DNA of 64,000 nucleotides from Eledone cirrhosa (Eukaryota), in the NCBI GenBank assembly GCA_964016885.1, contig OZ024742.1:212970001-213034000 (forward strand), read 5' to 3'. Below, piece by piece: positions 52,887 to 64,000 of this stretch. The notes under the pieces were generated by a model. The model searched no databases. It was not told the origin of the DNA and saw only the letters and a program-made list of their open reading frames with translations. The position numbers and the translations under genes were made by a program. The stretch's first letter is position 1, and every line of letters begins with the position of its first letter.

Positions 52887-52929
<43 letters not shown>

Positions 52930-52947
52930 ATACACATATATACATAA

Positions 52948-54597
52948 TAGAGGTATAAAGCTGATGGACCAGGTCATGAAAGTAACAGAAAGATTTATAG
53001 CACAGTTAATTAGGGACCGGGTGAACTAGATGAGATGCAATTTGGGTTTGTACCAGGAAGAGGCACCACTGATGCCCTCTTCCTTGTGAGGCAGTACAGG
53101 AAAAGTACCTAGCTAAAAGTAAGCCACTCTACTTGGCATTCGTGGTGGGCTCTTAGAAAACTAGGAGTAGATGAATGGCTTGTGAAAGCTGTACAAGCCA
53201 TGTATAGGGGAGCAGTCAGCAAAGTTAGGATTAGCAATGAGTATAGCGAGGAATTTAGCGTACAGGTTGGTGTCCACCAGGGCTCTGTTCTTAGCCCTCT
53301 CCTGTTCATCATAGTCCTGCAAGCAATAACGGAGGAGTTTAAGACCGGATGCCCATGGGAACTCCTGTATGCAGATGACCTCGCACTTATAGCTGAATCT
53401 ATGGTAGAACTAGAGAAGAAATTCCAAACTTGGAAGCAGGGACTAGAAAGAAAGGGTCTCAGAGTCAACATGACAAAGACTAAGGTCCTTGTAAGTAGAC
53501 GAGAAAACAGAACCCAGATCCCCTCAGGGAAATGGCCTTGCTCAGTATGTAGGAAAGGTGTAGGTAGGAACTCCATTCTCTGCCCCAAATGCAAACAATG
53601 GGTACACAAGAGATGTAGCGGGATCTCAGGAAGCTTGATTAAGAATGTAGGCTTCACATGCAGCAGCTGTACTGGGACAGCAAGCAGCAAACAGCCACAG
53701 GAAACAAGTACCACCAATCTTTGGGAGGGCTCTGTAGTGACAGTAGACAGCTTCTGCTACCTAGGTGACCGAATTAGCAGCGGAGGTGGGTGTTCAGAAA
53801 GTACAATAACTAGGGTAAGAACGGGATGGAAGAAGTTCAGGGAACTACTGCCACTGCTAGCTGCAAAAAGCTTCTCCCTCAAAATGAAAGGCAGACTGTA
53901 TGATGCGTGTATACAAACAGCAATGTTACATGGTAGTGAGACCTGGGCGCTGTCTGTGGAAGACTTGCATAGATTAGAGAGAAACGAAGCCTGCATGCTC
54001 CGATGGATGTGTAATAGTAATATACGCGACCGACAAAGCATAAATGAATTGAGAGAGAGACTGAGCATAAGAGGAATCAAATGCTGTGTGCAGGAGAGTC
54101 GGTTGCGTTGGTATGGACATGTGATGCGTATGAAGGATGACAGCTGCATAAAAAGGTGCAGATCACTAGAAGTCGATGGAAACCGCGGAGTGGGGAGACC
54201 CAAGATTACCTGGGATGAAGTGATAAAAGCCGACCTTACCCAATTACACCTCTCCAAGGCGATGACACACGACCGTGACCTCTGGCGTCACGCAGTAATA
54301 CAGGGTACCCGACCTCCCATGGGTACAAGCTGAAGCATATAGACAATATGCCCCCACACCCTCCCACTGCAAGGTGGTCGTGGAGGTGCCACGGCAAAAA
54401 AGCACCCAGCCCACATTGTAAAGTGGACGTGTAGGCGCCACGAAAAAGCACCCAGTACTCACTGTAAATGAGGTTGGTGTTAGGAAGGGCATCCAGCTTT
54501 AGAAATCAAACCAAATCAGTTCCTGTATGAGCAAGACATGGTCAGCCGACCAGACACTGCCCACAATAGGACAACCCGTCTAACCCATGCCACTGTT
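52948..54597 (+). mobile_element. RTE-clade LINE, 5'-truncated
   Basis: RGIKLMDQVMK; GVHQGSVLSPLLF; LLYADDL; RLRWYGHV; GRPKITW (ORF 53182-54333); 3' UTR ttaggaagggcatccagc. Confidence 0.9.
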
Positions 54598-55099
54598 TGC
54601 CAGGTTTTGTTTTTTGTCCTGCAGGGTGTCGAAAATCACACTCCTCACCAAGTAAACTTGGGGTTGCCGGTTTAGTCGCCGACGACTCGACCATGCGACA
54701 TATTGTACTGGGTAACATGTTACCAGTAGCACTCAAGAGTGACCTGACATGATACATACATACATACATACATACATACATACATACATACATACATACA
54801 TACATACATACATACATACATACATACATACATACATACATCATTATACATGCACCATCATACATGATGGCTGCGATCTCTGCTAAGAGTATTGCAATCG
54901 CTTGTCAGATTATAGAGTTTGGTGCACTTTTAGGTTACGGCCAGCCACACGAACATGTAACATGTCCCGAACAAACAATGCCTATGCTTTGAAGCATTTT
55001 TAATTAGGGAAAGGCCTTGCACACGACCAATCCCACTCTTTGAGCATCGAAAACACTAACCGAAAAGGAGATCTCATCATACATACATACTATTATTTT

Positions 55100-55480
55100 A
55101 TATCTACTATCTATCTATCTAAGGCGGGTAAAATTCCCGAGATCCATGGACGAGTTCTCTCCAGCGGTCTCTGTCCCTCATTATCGCTGCCATATCCTGC
55201 ATCTCCAACAGACCAGTGTCTGTCCTTAGGGCATCAACAAATGTTAACCTTGGTCTTCCTCTTCTAGTGTGTCCATGTAGGGGCTCCCAAAGGAGCACTG
55301 AGTGCAATGTCAACTCTGGATGTCGGTGAGCATGTCCAGCTAACCTCAGTCTCCTCTGTGTCACTTTTGAGCTGACTTTTGGGATGCTCCCATACAGCTC
55401 TGAGTTTTTCATCCTCAGTGTATACTGATTAATGTTCAGAGCCATCCTCAGCATTCTCGTGTAGCACCCATCCACCATCT
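55100..55480 (-). mobile_element. RTE-clade LINE 3' fragment with short (AGAT)n tail
   Basis: YTRMLRMALNI..RLRLAGH..LLWEP..GRPRLTFVD..DRDRWR. Confidence 0.8.
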
Positions 55481-56119
55481 GAGTGAGTCTCTATATAAAC
55501 CAGAAAACAAATGCAGATCAAAAAGTTATTTTCGCGCTTCTATTTATCATATGTATAATATACTATACTCTTTACAAAAGAGTATCATGCATTTCATGAT
55601 TAAATCAAATATGATTGGAAACTTATTCGTTGATGCCTTGAAGTAAAATAACGGCAACAACGACAACGACGGTGTCAACAGTGAAGTACAACTAGTGATA
55701 GAGTTTATTTTTCTTTCTACCTGTCTGTCTGCGTATCTTTCTCTTGCTGCATACCCTTTTTTCTTCCCACCATTTTCTATCCTCCTCTCCCTCATTTCAC
55801 ATCTCACCCTTATCTCTTCTTAAGTTGTAAGATGTTAAGAAATACCGCACACGCCAAAAAAAAAAAAAAAAATTATTACATTCGTTTTCGTAAGCTTTTA
55901 GGAGCAGCAAAAGAATTGACATTTGGGTCAGAGATAATGCGAGTAATTGTGTCAACTGTAGACTAATTTGCAAACGGAAGCTTAATTAAGCTGATGCTAT
56001 AATCTTAGTTGGATGAAGTTCCGATTTCATTAAGTGCTTTTTCGTTTTTTATTTGTGTAAATGTTTGTAATGTTTTTTAATTAAATTTCAAAAATCATAT
56101 TTTGACGATATAATTTATT

Positions 56120-56730
56120 TCTAACGTAGGCACAAGGCCAGCAATTTAGGGAAGTGGAAAGTCGATTATATAGACTCCAGTACTTAACTAGAACTTATTT
56201 TAGCAATTCCAGAATGATGAAAGGCAAAGTTGACCTCGGCGGGATTCGAATTCAGAATGTCAACTGGAGGACCAAATAACGCAAGGCATTTTGCCCGACG
56301 CTTTAATGATTCTGCTAATCCATTGCTGAATGTTTTGGCGATATGATAACCATTGATTTCACTAAAGAAAGAAAATCTATGTAAAAAATTTACTTCGCAT
56401 GTGATTCTATAATTGCCAGAAACTAAATCAAAAGTGTTTTCGTCAGTGTTTAAAGAATAAACGATAAGGATAAAGATCCTATAACTCCTTGTAGAGTTGT
56501 AGAGGCACCGTCCTACGGCGTGTCTAGGGCACTTTTAAACCTGGCGGAGCCCAACCCTTCCATGTATGAACACAGCCGATTTTTTCTATAGAGGAAGAAT
56601 CGACTCCAGTACTGGACTGGTACTTTTTTATCGACCTCGAAAGGATGAAAGGCAAAATTGGCCACGGCGGGATTTGAACTCAGAGCGCACAATGAGGTTG
56701 AACGTCTTAACGAACCTGCCAATTCGGCGC
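56120..56730 (-). mobile_element. Two family-1 SINEs (~56120-56325 and ~56590-56730)
   Basis: gatgaaaggcaaagttgacctcggcgggattcgaa-type cores. Confidence 0.8.
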
Positions 56731-57450
56731 CATTTTTAAAATATAAATATATAAATTTACTAATTGGATTAAACTTTTTTCCCTATCTTACTGTAGACTA
56801 TAAAATCACATTTGAGCTTTGAATTATTCTTTGCCTTATTTGGTTGTATTATCAACTCATCTAAACTACTTTGTATATATAAGTATATATATGTATATAT
56901 ATTAAAATATATTAGTAATAAATATACCGTGCAGTAATTAGATTGATTCTTAAAACCTAATACACGTATATTAGATTCAAATAAACATTATAGGAATAGA
57001 ATTAGAGCTTATGAATTTAATAATACTTATTAATTGAAGTAACGAAAGTATATTAAGAAATACAATAAAAAAAATGTTTGAAGCTTAATTCAGATACACA
57101 TATATACACACAGATACACATTTAAAAGATACCTTGAAACGTGAGATCATCGTGAGAAGAACTTTGTACGTCTGTTAAGTGGTTTGTTATTGTTGTGGAG
57201 ATATTCAATATCGACTATTTCTCGTCATTGCATAATCTGCAGACCTTGAGCCCACTTATTCGTTCAAATTATCTTCGACCTCTCAGATAATCTGCCCTTG
57301 ATTTTAGTTTTTTCTCTCTTTGTTCTGTATTTTCCTTTTTGGGTAAACATTTTCCGGTTTCTTTACGTTGGCATAGGTTGATCAAGTTGGTCATCAGGGC
57401 TAACGAAACGTACGTACCTGGTATGGCATCGTTGTAGTAACTGACCATAA

Positions 57451-57524
<74 letters not shown>

Positions 57525-57866
57525 AATTTGTATTTTTTAAGCCTAACTTAACTAGCCAGCCTATTCTCCATATATTTTATCATGTTTCACTGTGACCCGT
57601 CTTCTCTCTCCCTCTACCTATCTATTTCGTTATTAATCTAGCTGTCGTCTGTTCTACAGTGTGGATGTCATTCACTTCGCACAGAAGTTTTGTTCAAATT
57701 TATTGAGGAAATTTTGTGAGTTCAAACTTAATTTTGATACAATTGTGTAGCTTGACCCTCCGTCTGAACTGTCAGGCGGTGGGTCAGCTCATCTTTACCC
57801 CTCCTAGAGGTGAAAAACCTGTTTTAAAAAAAATTTTGTGTAAAAAATTTCAATCGTCTAACAGAA

Positions 57867-59744
57867 ATGTTAAACGCAGCGAACGAAAATAGTGGTGGGG
57901 GGACAGCGGTAAGAGTTGTAAGCTCGCACGCTTTAGTCCTCCCTTCCTTCCCAACTAACGTCATAGAGAAGGAAGGAAAAATGAAAATAAAAACGGACGA
58001 ATCTGCGGAGAAAAAATTAAATGACGAAAACAACGAAAAAAAAAAATTTGAAAAATTGCATGACAATACTAATAACACAAACAAAGACACAACAAACAAA
58101 AAAATAACAGTTGAAAATAACATCATATCAGAAAACAAAGCAGACGACAAGATTTCATTTGCACAGAAAACAAAGAAATCTTTGACTTATATAGCGGAAA
58201 ACATTTCAGATGTGGTACGAAGGATCACGGACGCAAAACAATACATAAGTGAAGGTGAGAATGGTATTTTATTGGTAAAAATGCCTCAAGAATTCACGAA
58301 AGACATTGAAAGCCGAACGGTCAAGTTTCGGACCATCAACAACAGTACAAAAAAACCTGAACAGCCTTCTCAAGCAGATATCAAAACAGTACTCGCAGAA
58401 GTACTGAATGAAACAACTTTCATAAGAAAAGACAGACTGTATGGAAGCCTAGCAATTATCATGAAGAACGAATCGGCGGCAAAAAAATGTGCTTTGTCAC
58501 CGATTCGTTCGAAAAATTTCACCTTTTATCCATCTTATATGGGAAAAAAAACTCAACGCATATGGCTGGATGCAATGATGCCAGATGTGGACTACTGCTG
58601 GCTCATAGCTGGCTTCATCGATCCAGTGAATGACAACGTGATTTCCATTGGGAAAACCACAGGCAATGCGTTCAGTGGAACAGGTATAGAGCTGGTAGTA
58701 CAAATGAAGCCTGAACGCATCGCCCAAATACCCGACAGAATCCTATTAGAGGACCACGGGTATATAAACATTAGCGTGGAGGGGAGAAGGCCGTCCTGCC
58801 ATATCTGTGCAGGCAGAGGGCACCTGAAGGCCGCTTGTCCCCAACTCAACAAAAAGAAAACCCTGCTACCAACACCAGCTCCACCACCACCACCACAACA
58901 GATAAACAAACAACAAAACTCAGTCCCACCCAACCCGTCCCTCAGTAACACCACAACACCACCACAACACAAACAGTCACAACACATTACCCCAAAACAA
59001 AATACAGGCCCACCCAACCTCTCACTCAATAAAACAACACAACCACCGCAGACACAACACACAACACAGTCTAACATAGTGACATCCATCTCCCCCACAA
59101 AGAAAACCAACACGGAAACATTACCAGCAAACATACCTCTTCCCTCCAACACTGAAGATAACCCAACGAATTCGGAGGAAGAAACGGAGTCCTTCAGACA
59201 GATTAAAAGGAAAAAAAGAAAACATGTGCAAAACACACAAGGACAAACAACCCCCACCCAAATCGCAACACAATCTAACAAAACAGAAAACACCCCTCCA
59301 GCAACAAACAAAACCAAACCTGCCCCTCCCCTCTTCGAAACACTCACACCATCGGAAAAAAAGACATTACACTATACTTACATCAACAGAAACAATAATA
59401 AATTAAATGAACTCATATACAATAATCCTTCGGTACAAACCGAAGGTGTAAACTTTGTTTCATCAGAAAACCACCCACATTTAAAACTAATAAAAATCCC
59501 AATGAACCTCTACCAAAAACTAAAAAAGGATTTTAAGGAGGACGTAGGACCACCCTCTGTCAAACCCATAAACCGCGTCCTACTAAAAAGCTTTCCCCCT
59601 CCCCTTCCCCTCCCCAACACAACTCCAAACACCCCAACCCCACCACACACCGACGACCCCACACCACCACAAGACACCCCTTCACCCAACACCCCCGACC
59701 CCATGGAAGTCGTGCAACCCGAACCCCGGGAAGCGGAAAGGTAG
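57867..59744 (+). CDS. LINE ORF1 protein (625 aa, CCHC zinc knuckle)
   Basis: Open frame; CHICAGRGHLKAAC; homologous to the ORF1 fragments in copies A-C. Confidence 0.9.
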   Translation: MLNAANENSGGGTAVRVVSSHALVLPSFPTNVIEKEGKMKIKTDESAEKKLNDENNEKKKFEKLHDNTNNTNKDTTNKKITVENNIISENKADDKISFAQKTKKSLTYIAENISDVVRRITDAKQYISEGENGILLVKMPQEFTKDIESRTVKFRTINNSTKKPEQPSQADIKTVLAEVLNETTFIRKDRLYGSLAIIMKNESAAKKCALSPIRSKNFTFYPSYMGKKTQRIWLDAMMPDVDYCWLIAGFIDPVNDNVISIGKTTGNAFSGTGIELVVQMKPERIAQIPDRILLEDHGYINISVEGRRPSCHICAGRGHLKAACPQLNKKKTLLPTPAPPPPPQQINKQQNSVPPNPSLSNTTTPPQHKQSQHITPKQNTGPPNLSLNKTTQPPQTQHTTQSNIVTSISPTKKTNTETLPANIPLPSNTEDNPTNSEEETESFRQIKRKKRKHVQNTQGQTTPTQIATQSNKTENTPPATNKTKPAPPLFETLTPSEKKTLHYTYINRNNNKLNELIYNNPSVQTEGVNFVSSENHPHLKLIKIPMNLYQKLKKDFKEDVGPPSVKPINRVLLKSFPPPLPLPNTTPNTPTPPHTDDPTPPQDTPSPNTPDPMEVVQPEPREAER

Positions 59745-59777
59745 GTCTCTACACTCTCCTTTGGCTCTGCCGCCCAC

Positions 59778-62700
59778 ATGGATGTGTTAAGAGTAGGATG
59801 TTTGAATGCACGTGGCCTGGGCTCAACTTGGAAGCAAGCAAAGCTTCTAAATGACCTCAGGTCATGTAGTATAAATGTAATGGTTATCTGTGAGACTCGA
59901 ATCAGCGTCATGCGGCAGCTGGCCCCCCACCTTCGATGACTTTGAGGTGCATGCATCTCTCTGTCAACCTGGAGGTGGGGGTGGGGTTGTCGTGCTGCTG
60001 CAAAAACACCTGGGTCTTGCCGTACAGGTTGTGCACTCGGACCCGGAGGGTCGTTTGTTGGTGCTAGACGTTGGCAGTAGTGAAAGTGCGGCCTTGAGAC
60101 TGGTCGCCGTCTACTCCCCTTTCGGAGCTGAACGGCCCGACTTCTTCCAGCGTTTGGAGACTTTTCTGGGAACGTCGCGTTCCCTGCTTCTAGCGGGGGA
60201 TTGGAATGACATCCTGGATGCACGTTGGGACTATGCAGGAGCATGTCCTAATAGAGGGGGGTGTAACAGCCTCAAGGGGTTACTCGACCGTTTTAACTTG
60301 GTCGATAGATATCGACTAGATTTTCCAACTGTGCCTACCTGGACTTGGAGAAACCACAGTGGTCAAGCTAGATCGTACTTAGATAGATTCTTAGTTAGAA
60401 GTAAGGATAGGGACATATTAAGCTGTCCAGAAATGCGCACGGTTGGCTACACGGATCACAAATTAGTGACCTGCGTGGTCAATCTCGAGAAAACACATAG
60501 ACAGGGTCCCGGTTACTGGAAACTTAATTTGTCTTTACCGGCAAAAGAGACTTACAGAAACCGGATTAGCAGATTAGTTAAGGAGAGGTTGACGGGTGCA
60601 ATCGTCAACAACCGATGGTGGGCATCTCTCAAAAGAGAGATTAGAACAGAATCAATAAGTTATAGCAAGATGTTAGCTGCCAATAGGAATAGAAACGAGA
60701 AAGAATTAACAGGTAAATTAGAAGAGGCAATCAAGAGCGAAGATGTGGCCAGAGTGCTGGCATCGAGGACGGCCTTGAACCAGTTTTTCGATGCAAAGCA
60801 TGAAGGCTGCGTCATTCGAAGTAAAATACGTGCTCTAGGTAATGAGGGGGCCAAAGCCGTTGGATGGGCCCGCGTGACAGAAGCTAAAAGTGGAAATCGA
60901 TCCACCATCCGGTCGTTGCAAGACGAAGATGGACGAGTGATCCGGGAGCCTAAGCAGATGTGCGAGGCCTTTCAAAAGCACTTTGCCCGATTGTTCGGGG
61001 GAGGCGAGGGTCCGGGCCGGGGCGTGGATTTCGGTCCATACCTCGACGGCCTGCCGCGTCTCTCGAACAAAGAGGCAGAGTCCTGCGAGGGACCAATCTC
61101 GGCTGATGAGATCGGAGATGCGCTGAGCCAATGCAGCAGACGCAAATCTCCAGGTCTCGATGGTATACCTTACGAACTTTATTTAGCAATGCCGGTCTTC
61201 TTCTCCGAACTCCTCGAAGCGGTCTACTGCAATTGGCAGCAGAACGGGAGAATTCCTTGTTCTGCAGCCAAGGGCGTAGTCACGCTGGTGAGGAAGGACG
61301 AGAACAAGGGGGATAGTATAAATAATTTTCGGCCCATAACCCTGCTAAACACAGAGTTAAAGATTTTGGCCAAGGTGTTAGCAAAGAGGTTGGCGCTTGT
61401 CGTGGGTGGCCTGGTGGGAGATGCGCAGACATGTGCTATCCCATCCAGGTCCATTCACGATAACCTCCACCTCATGCGATACATCATAGAGAGGGTTGGC
61501 AACAAACCCGGCTTCGGTGGGGCCCTGATCAACTTGGATCAGTCTAAGGCCTTCGATAGGGTCGACCATGGTTACCTGGATGCGGTGCTAGCGGCGGCTG
61601 GGTTCGGTCCTGTTTTCAGAGGCTGGATCACTGCCCTACATAGCAACCACATCTGTTCTAGGATCAAGGTGAACGGCTACCTTTCGAAGCCGTTCGAAAT
61701 CACACGATCCATTCGACAGGGGTGCCCTCTCTCCTCCCTTCTGTACGTATTGACTCTCGAGCCTTTACTGAGGAAGTTGGAGTTGTTGCAGGGTATCCCC
61801 CTGGAACCAGGATTGAGCAAAGCGGTGTCGGCCTACGCCGATGACGTAACAGTAATGGTATCAACCGACTCGGAGATCGAGGCGATCGGTACCTTACTGG
61901 AGGAGTACGAAAGGTTGTCAGGAGCGAAACTGAACCGGGAAAAATCCATCGGGCTGCAACTCGGAACGTGGAGAGGCAAACCGATGCCTCCTGACGGTGT
62001 CGTCGGACACTGGACGGAGGGCCCGGTAAAGTTGCTTGGGGTCTGGTTTGGACCGGACCTCCAGGTGGAAAAGAACTGGAACGAGGTTACGAACAAGGTG
62101 TTTGCACTAACCCAGAAATGGGCCAAGTGTAAGCTGTCCCTAAAAGGCCGGGCGGAGGTGGCGAACATTTACATAGCGTCCGTCACTTACTACCGCCTGA
62201 CTGTCGTGCCTTGCCCTAAGGAAACACTCACCACCATGGAACGCATGCTCTTCCAATTTCTTTGGAAGAAGCGTCCTCCTATGGTGAGAAGATCCATCTG
62301 CTGCCAACAACCTTCGAAAGGAGGGCTGGGGATGCCGTGGTTGATGATGCGTAGGCACGCATTAAGGCTACGACACCTACAGGTATTCCTCACTGGTCAA
62401 CCGGTGTGGGCTCCGTTCGTGAAACGAGCCTTTCCGAGACTCGTCTCACTCACCGAGCTACAGTCCTGGGTCAAGCAAAGATCCGGAAAACTGGGAGACT
62501 GGCACACTGAGTGTGCTCAGGCGCTCAGGGCTCTCTGGCAAGCGGGCCGGGCCATCGGTGGAGAATCCACCTCATCATTCTATAGAGGGCTGGTGGCTAG
62601 CAGGGGCGATGACACCCTTGGAGAGTCGCTGGACATGGAAGAAGACGAACTGGCCAGCCTGTTCGGTAGGACTTTCGGCCCAGGACCAATGGACAACTTC

Positions 62701-63216
62701 CAGAAGTCACTGGCCTGGCAGTGCTACCGAGGGGCTCTACCCGTTCGAGAGAGGCTCTACAGACACGGGCGCCCGGGCAGGGATCCCTCAAAAAAGATTT
62801 GCCCTAGATGCGTGCGTCACGAAGAAACCGTGGCGCACGCATTGGTGCAATGTCCGGGCGTGGCTGATCTGTGGGGCTACGCCGAACAACTGCTGTCGCG
62901 GGTGGCGCCGATTAAATTGACCGCCGAGTCCGTGATGACAATCAAACCGCCTCCCCTCTTCACAAAGGAAGCAAAGGCGGTTTTTCTGTGCGTAATAGCC
63001 ATGTTGAAAGAGGTTGTTTGGTGGACACGATTGAAAGGTCTGAGGTCAGGCAACTTCCTCTCTGGCCATAGTCTGGTCTACTTCTTCCGATATCACTTCG
63101 GAAGAAGGATAAGAATGGAGAGAGAGGTGCTTGGCCACAGGCAGTTTTATGAAAGGTGGGTGATAGTGGCGAGAATGGCTCGTGTAAATGGGCCTTCTCT
63201 GTATACCATCCTGTAG
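59778..63216 (+). CDS. LINE ORF2 (APE endonuclease + RT + Zn finger) with one +1 frameshift at a C6 run (59923-59928)
   Basis: MDVLRVGCLNARGL..ICET from ATG 59778 joins the 1108-aa ORF if one C is removed (copy C has C5 here); GDWN, YLDRF, TDH, RQGCPLS, YADD, CPRC. Confidence 0.9.
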
Positions 63217-64000
63217 GTAAAGAAGTAAAGGAGAGGGGAGCACCTTCTCCATGTGCTCCCCGGGCAAAGGATTGCACACTTTTTCGGGGGTGTGTGCAAC
63301 CCCCATCACGTCCCCTCCCTTTTGAGGTTATTTTCGATTATTTTCATGTTACACCCTTTTTACTCGATTATATGTAAACTCCCCCTTTGTATTTGTCCCT
63401 TCTTTTTATGCCTTTATGGTAAATAAAGAAATCTACCTATCTATTTCGTTACTATCTACTCTTCCCCTCTTACTTCCTCTTCCTTTCTCCCTCTCACTTT
63501 CACTCACCCTCTCTCTGCTTGCCACCTCATTGTTTCCCTCGACTGACCTTCTAGCTGTCCCTTTCTCACTTACACTCGCTGAGGTCAGTCGTGTCTTTTC
63601 GTTCGATCACTCGCTCTCGAACTTAAGTTCTGTTACCGCTGTGGTCTTGGATTCTCTTGTCTTCAGTTGCTGCTCATTCTTCGATTTGTTGTTTTTTTCG
63701 CTGTTTTCTCTTTTCTTCCCTTTTCCCCTTTCTCTTCTATTTTCCTTCTCTCCCTCCTCCGTTTTCGCAATAACTTACCCAGTTATTGAACGCTCTGATG
63801 GTAGATATATTGTCTTTAAAGCGTTGAGACTCCCGGTAGACAACTGATGAGGAAAACTTTCCCCATTCCCGTTCTTGCTTTCTTCTTATTTTCATTCCCT
63901 TTTTAATTCTAACTTAACTAGCAACTACACAGCCATATATATAAATGTATATATGTGAGAATTTGTATGTATGTATATATGTATATATATATATATATAT

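Larger units (their letters stand above)
57633..63431 (+). mobile_element. Tx1-type LINE copy D, full-length and nearly intact
   Basis: 20-bp perfect TSD tctacctatctatttcgtta (57613-57632; 63432-63451); both ORFs present. Confidence 0.97.

Noticed and set aside
33439-62358. Numerous antisense ORFs over the LINEs (Leu/Val/Cys-rich, MIRAPPKPG..)
   Set aside because: Shadow frames of AAC-rich ORF1 and GC-rich ORF2; their recurrence follows sense-strand conservation.
63416-63847. 143-aa Leu/Ser/Phe-rich ORF
   Set aside because: Low-complexity CT-rich flank with no recognisable domain.

Overview
Eukaryotic, AT-rich, microsatellite-dense window made almost entirely of transposable elements. The SINE and LINE repertoire suggests an octopod cephalopod (inference from recalled repeat families, not confirmed). 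No host protein-coding gene, rRNA, true tRNA or CRISPR array could be supported. Main content: (1) a head-to-tail Helitron dimer (922-8894, minus strand), one full-length decayed RepHel copy plus one internally deleted copy; (2) four co-oriented Tx1-type L1-clade LINEs (33.4-63.4 kb), two tied to (ATT)n and two with clear 15- and 20-bp TSDs in TATC/TCTA-like sequence, the last nearly intact; (3) fragments of R4/Dong, CRE, RTE, Penelope, Hsmar2-like mariner, hAT and an older Helitron; (4) many tRNA-derived SINEs, often in tandem. Most notable observations: a fully paired type I hammerhead ribozyme fold (10566-10645, minus) whose only core defect is an A15.1-C16.1 mismatch, which A-to-I editing could in principle rescue; further hammerhead-like motifs in inverted repeats; a conserved AGG-TAR-GT junction placing Tx1 ORF1 and ORF2 in the same frame; and a 3' tail shared by the dominant SINE and the Tx1 LINEs, which appear to stack into each other's (ATT)n tails. 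Coordinates were read by eye and may be off by a few bases.
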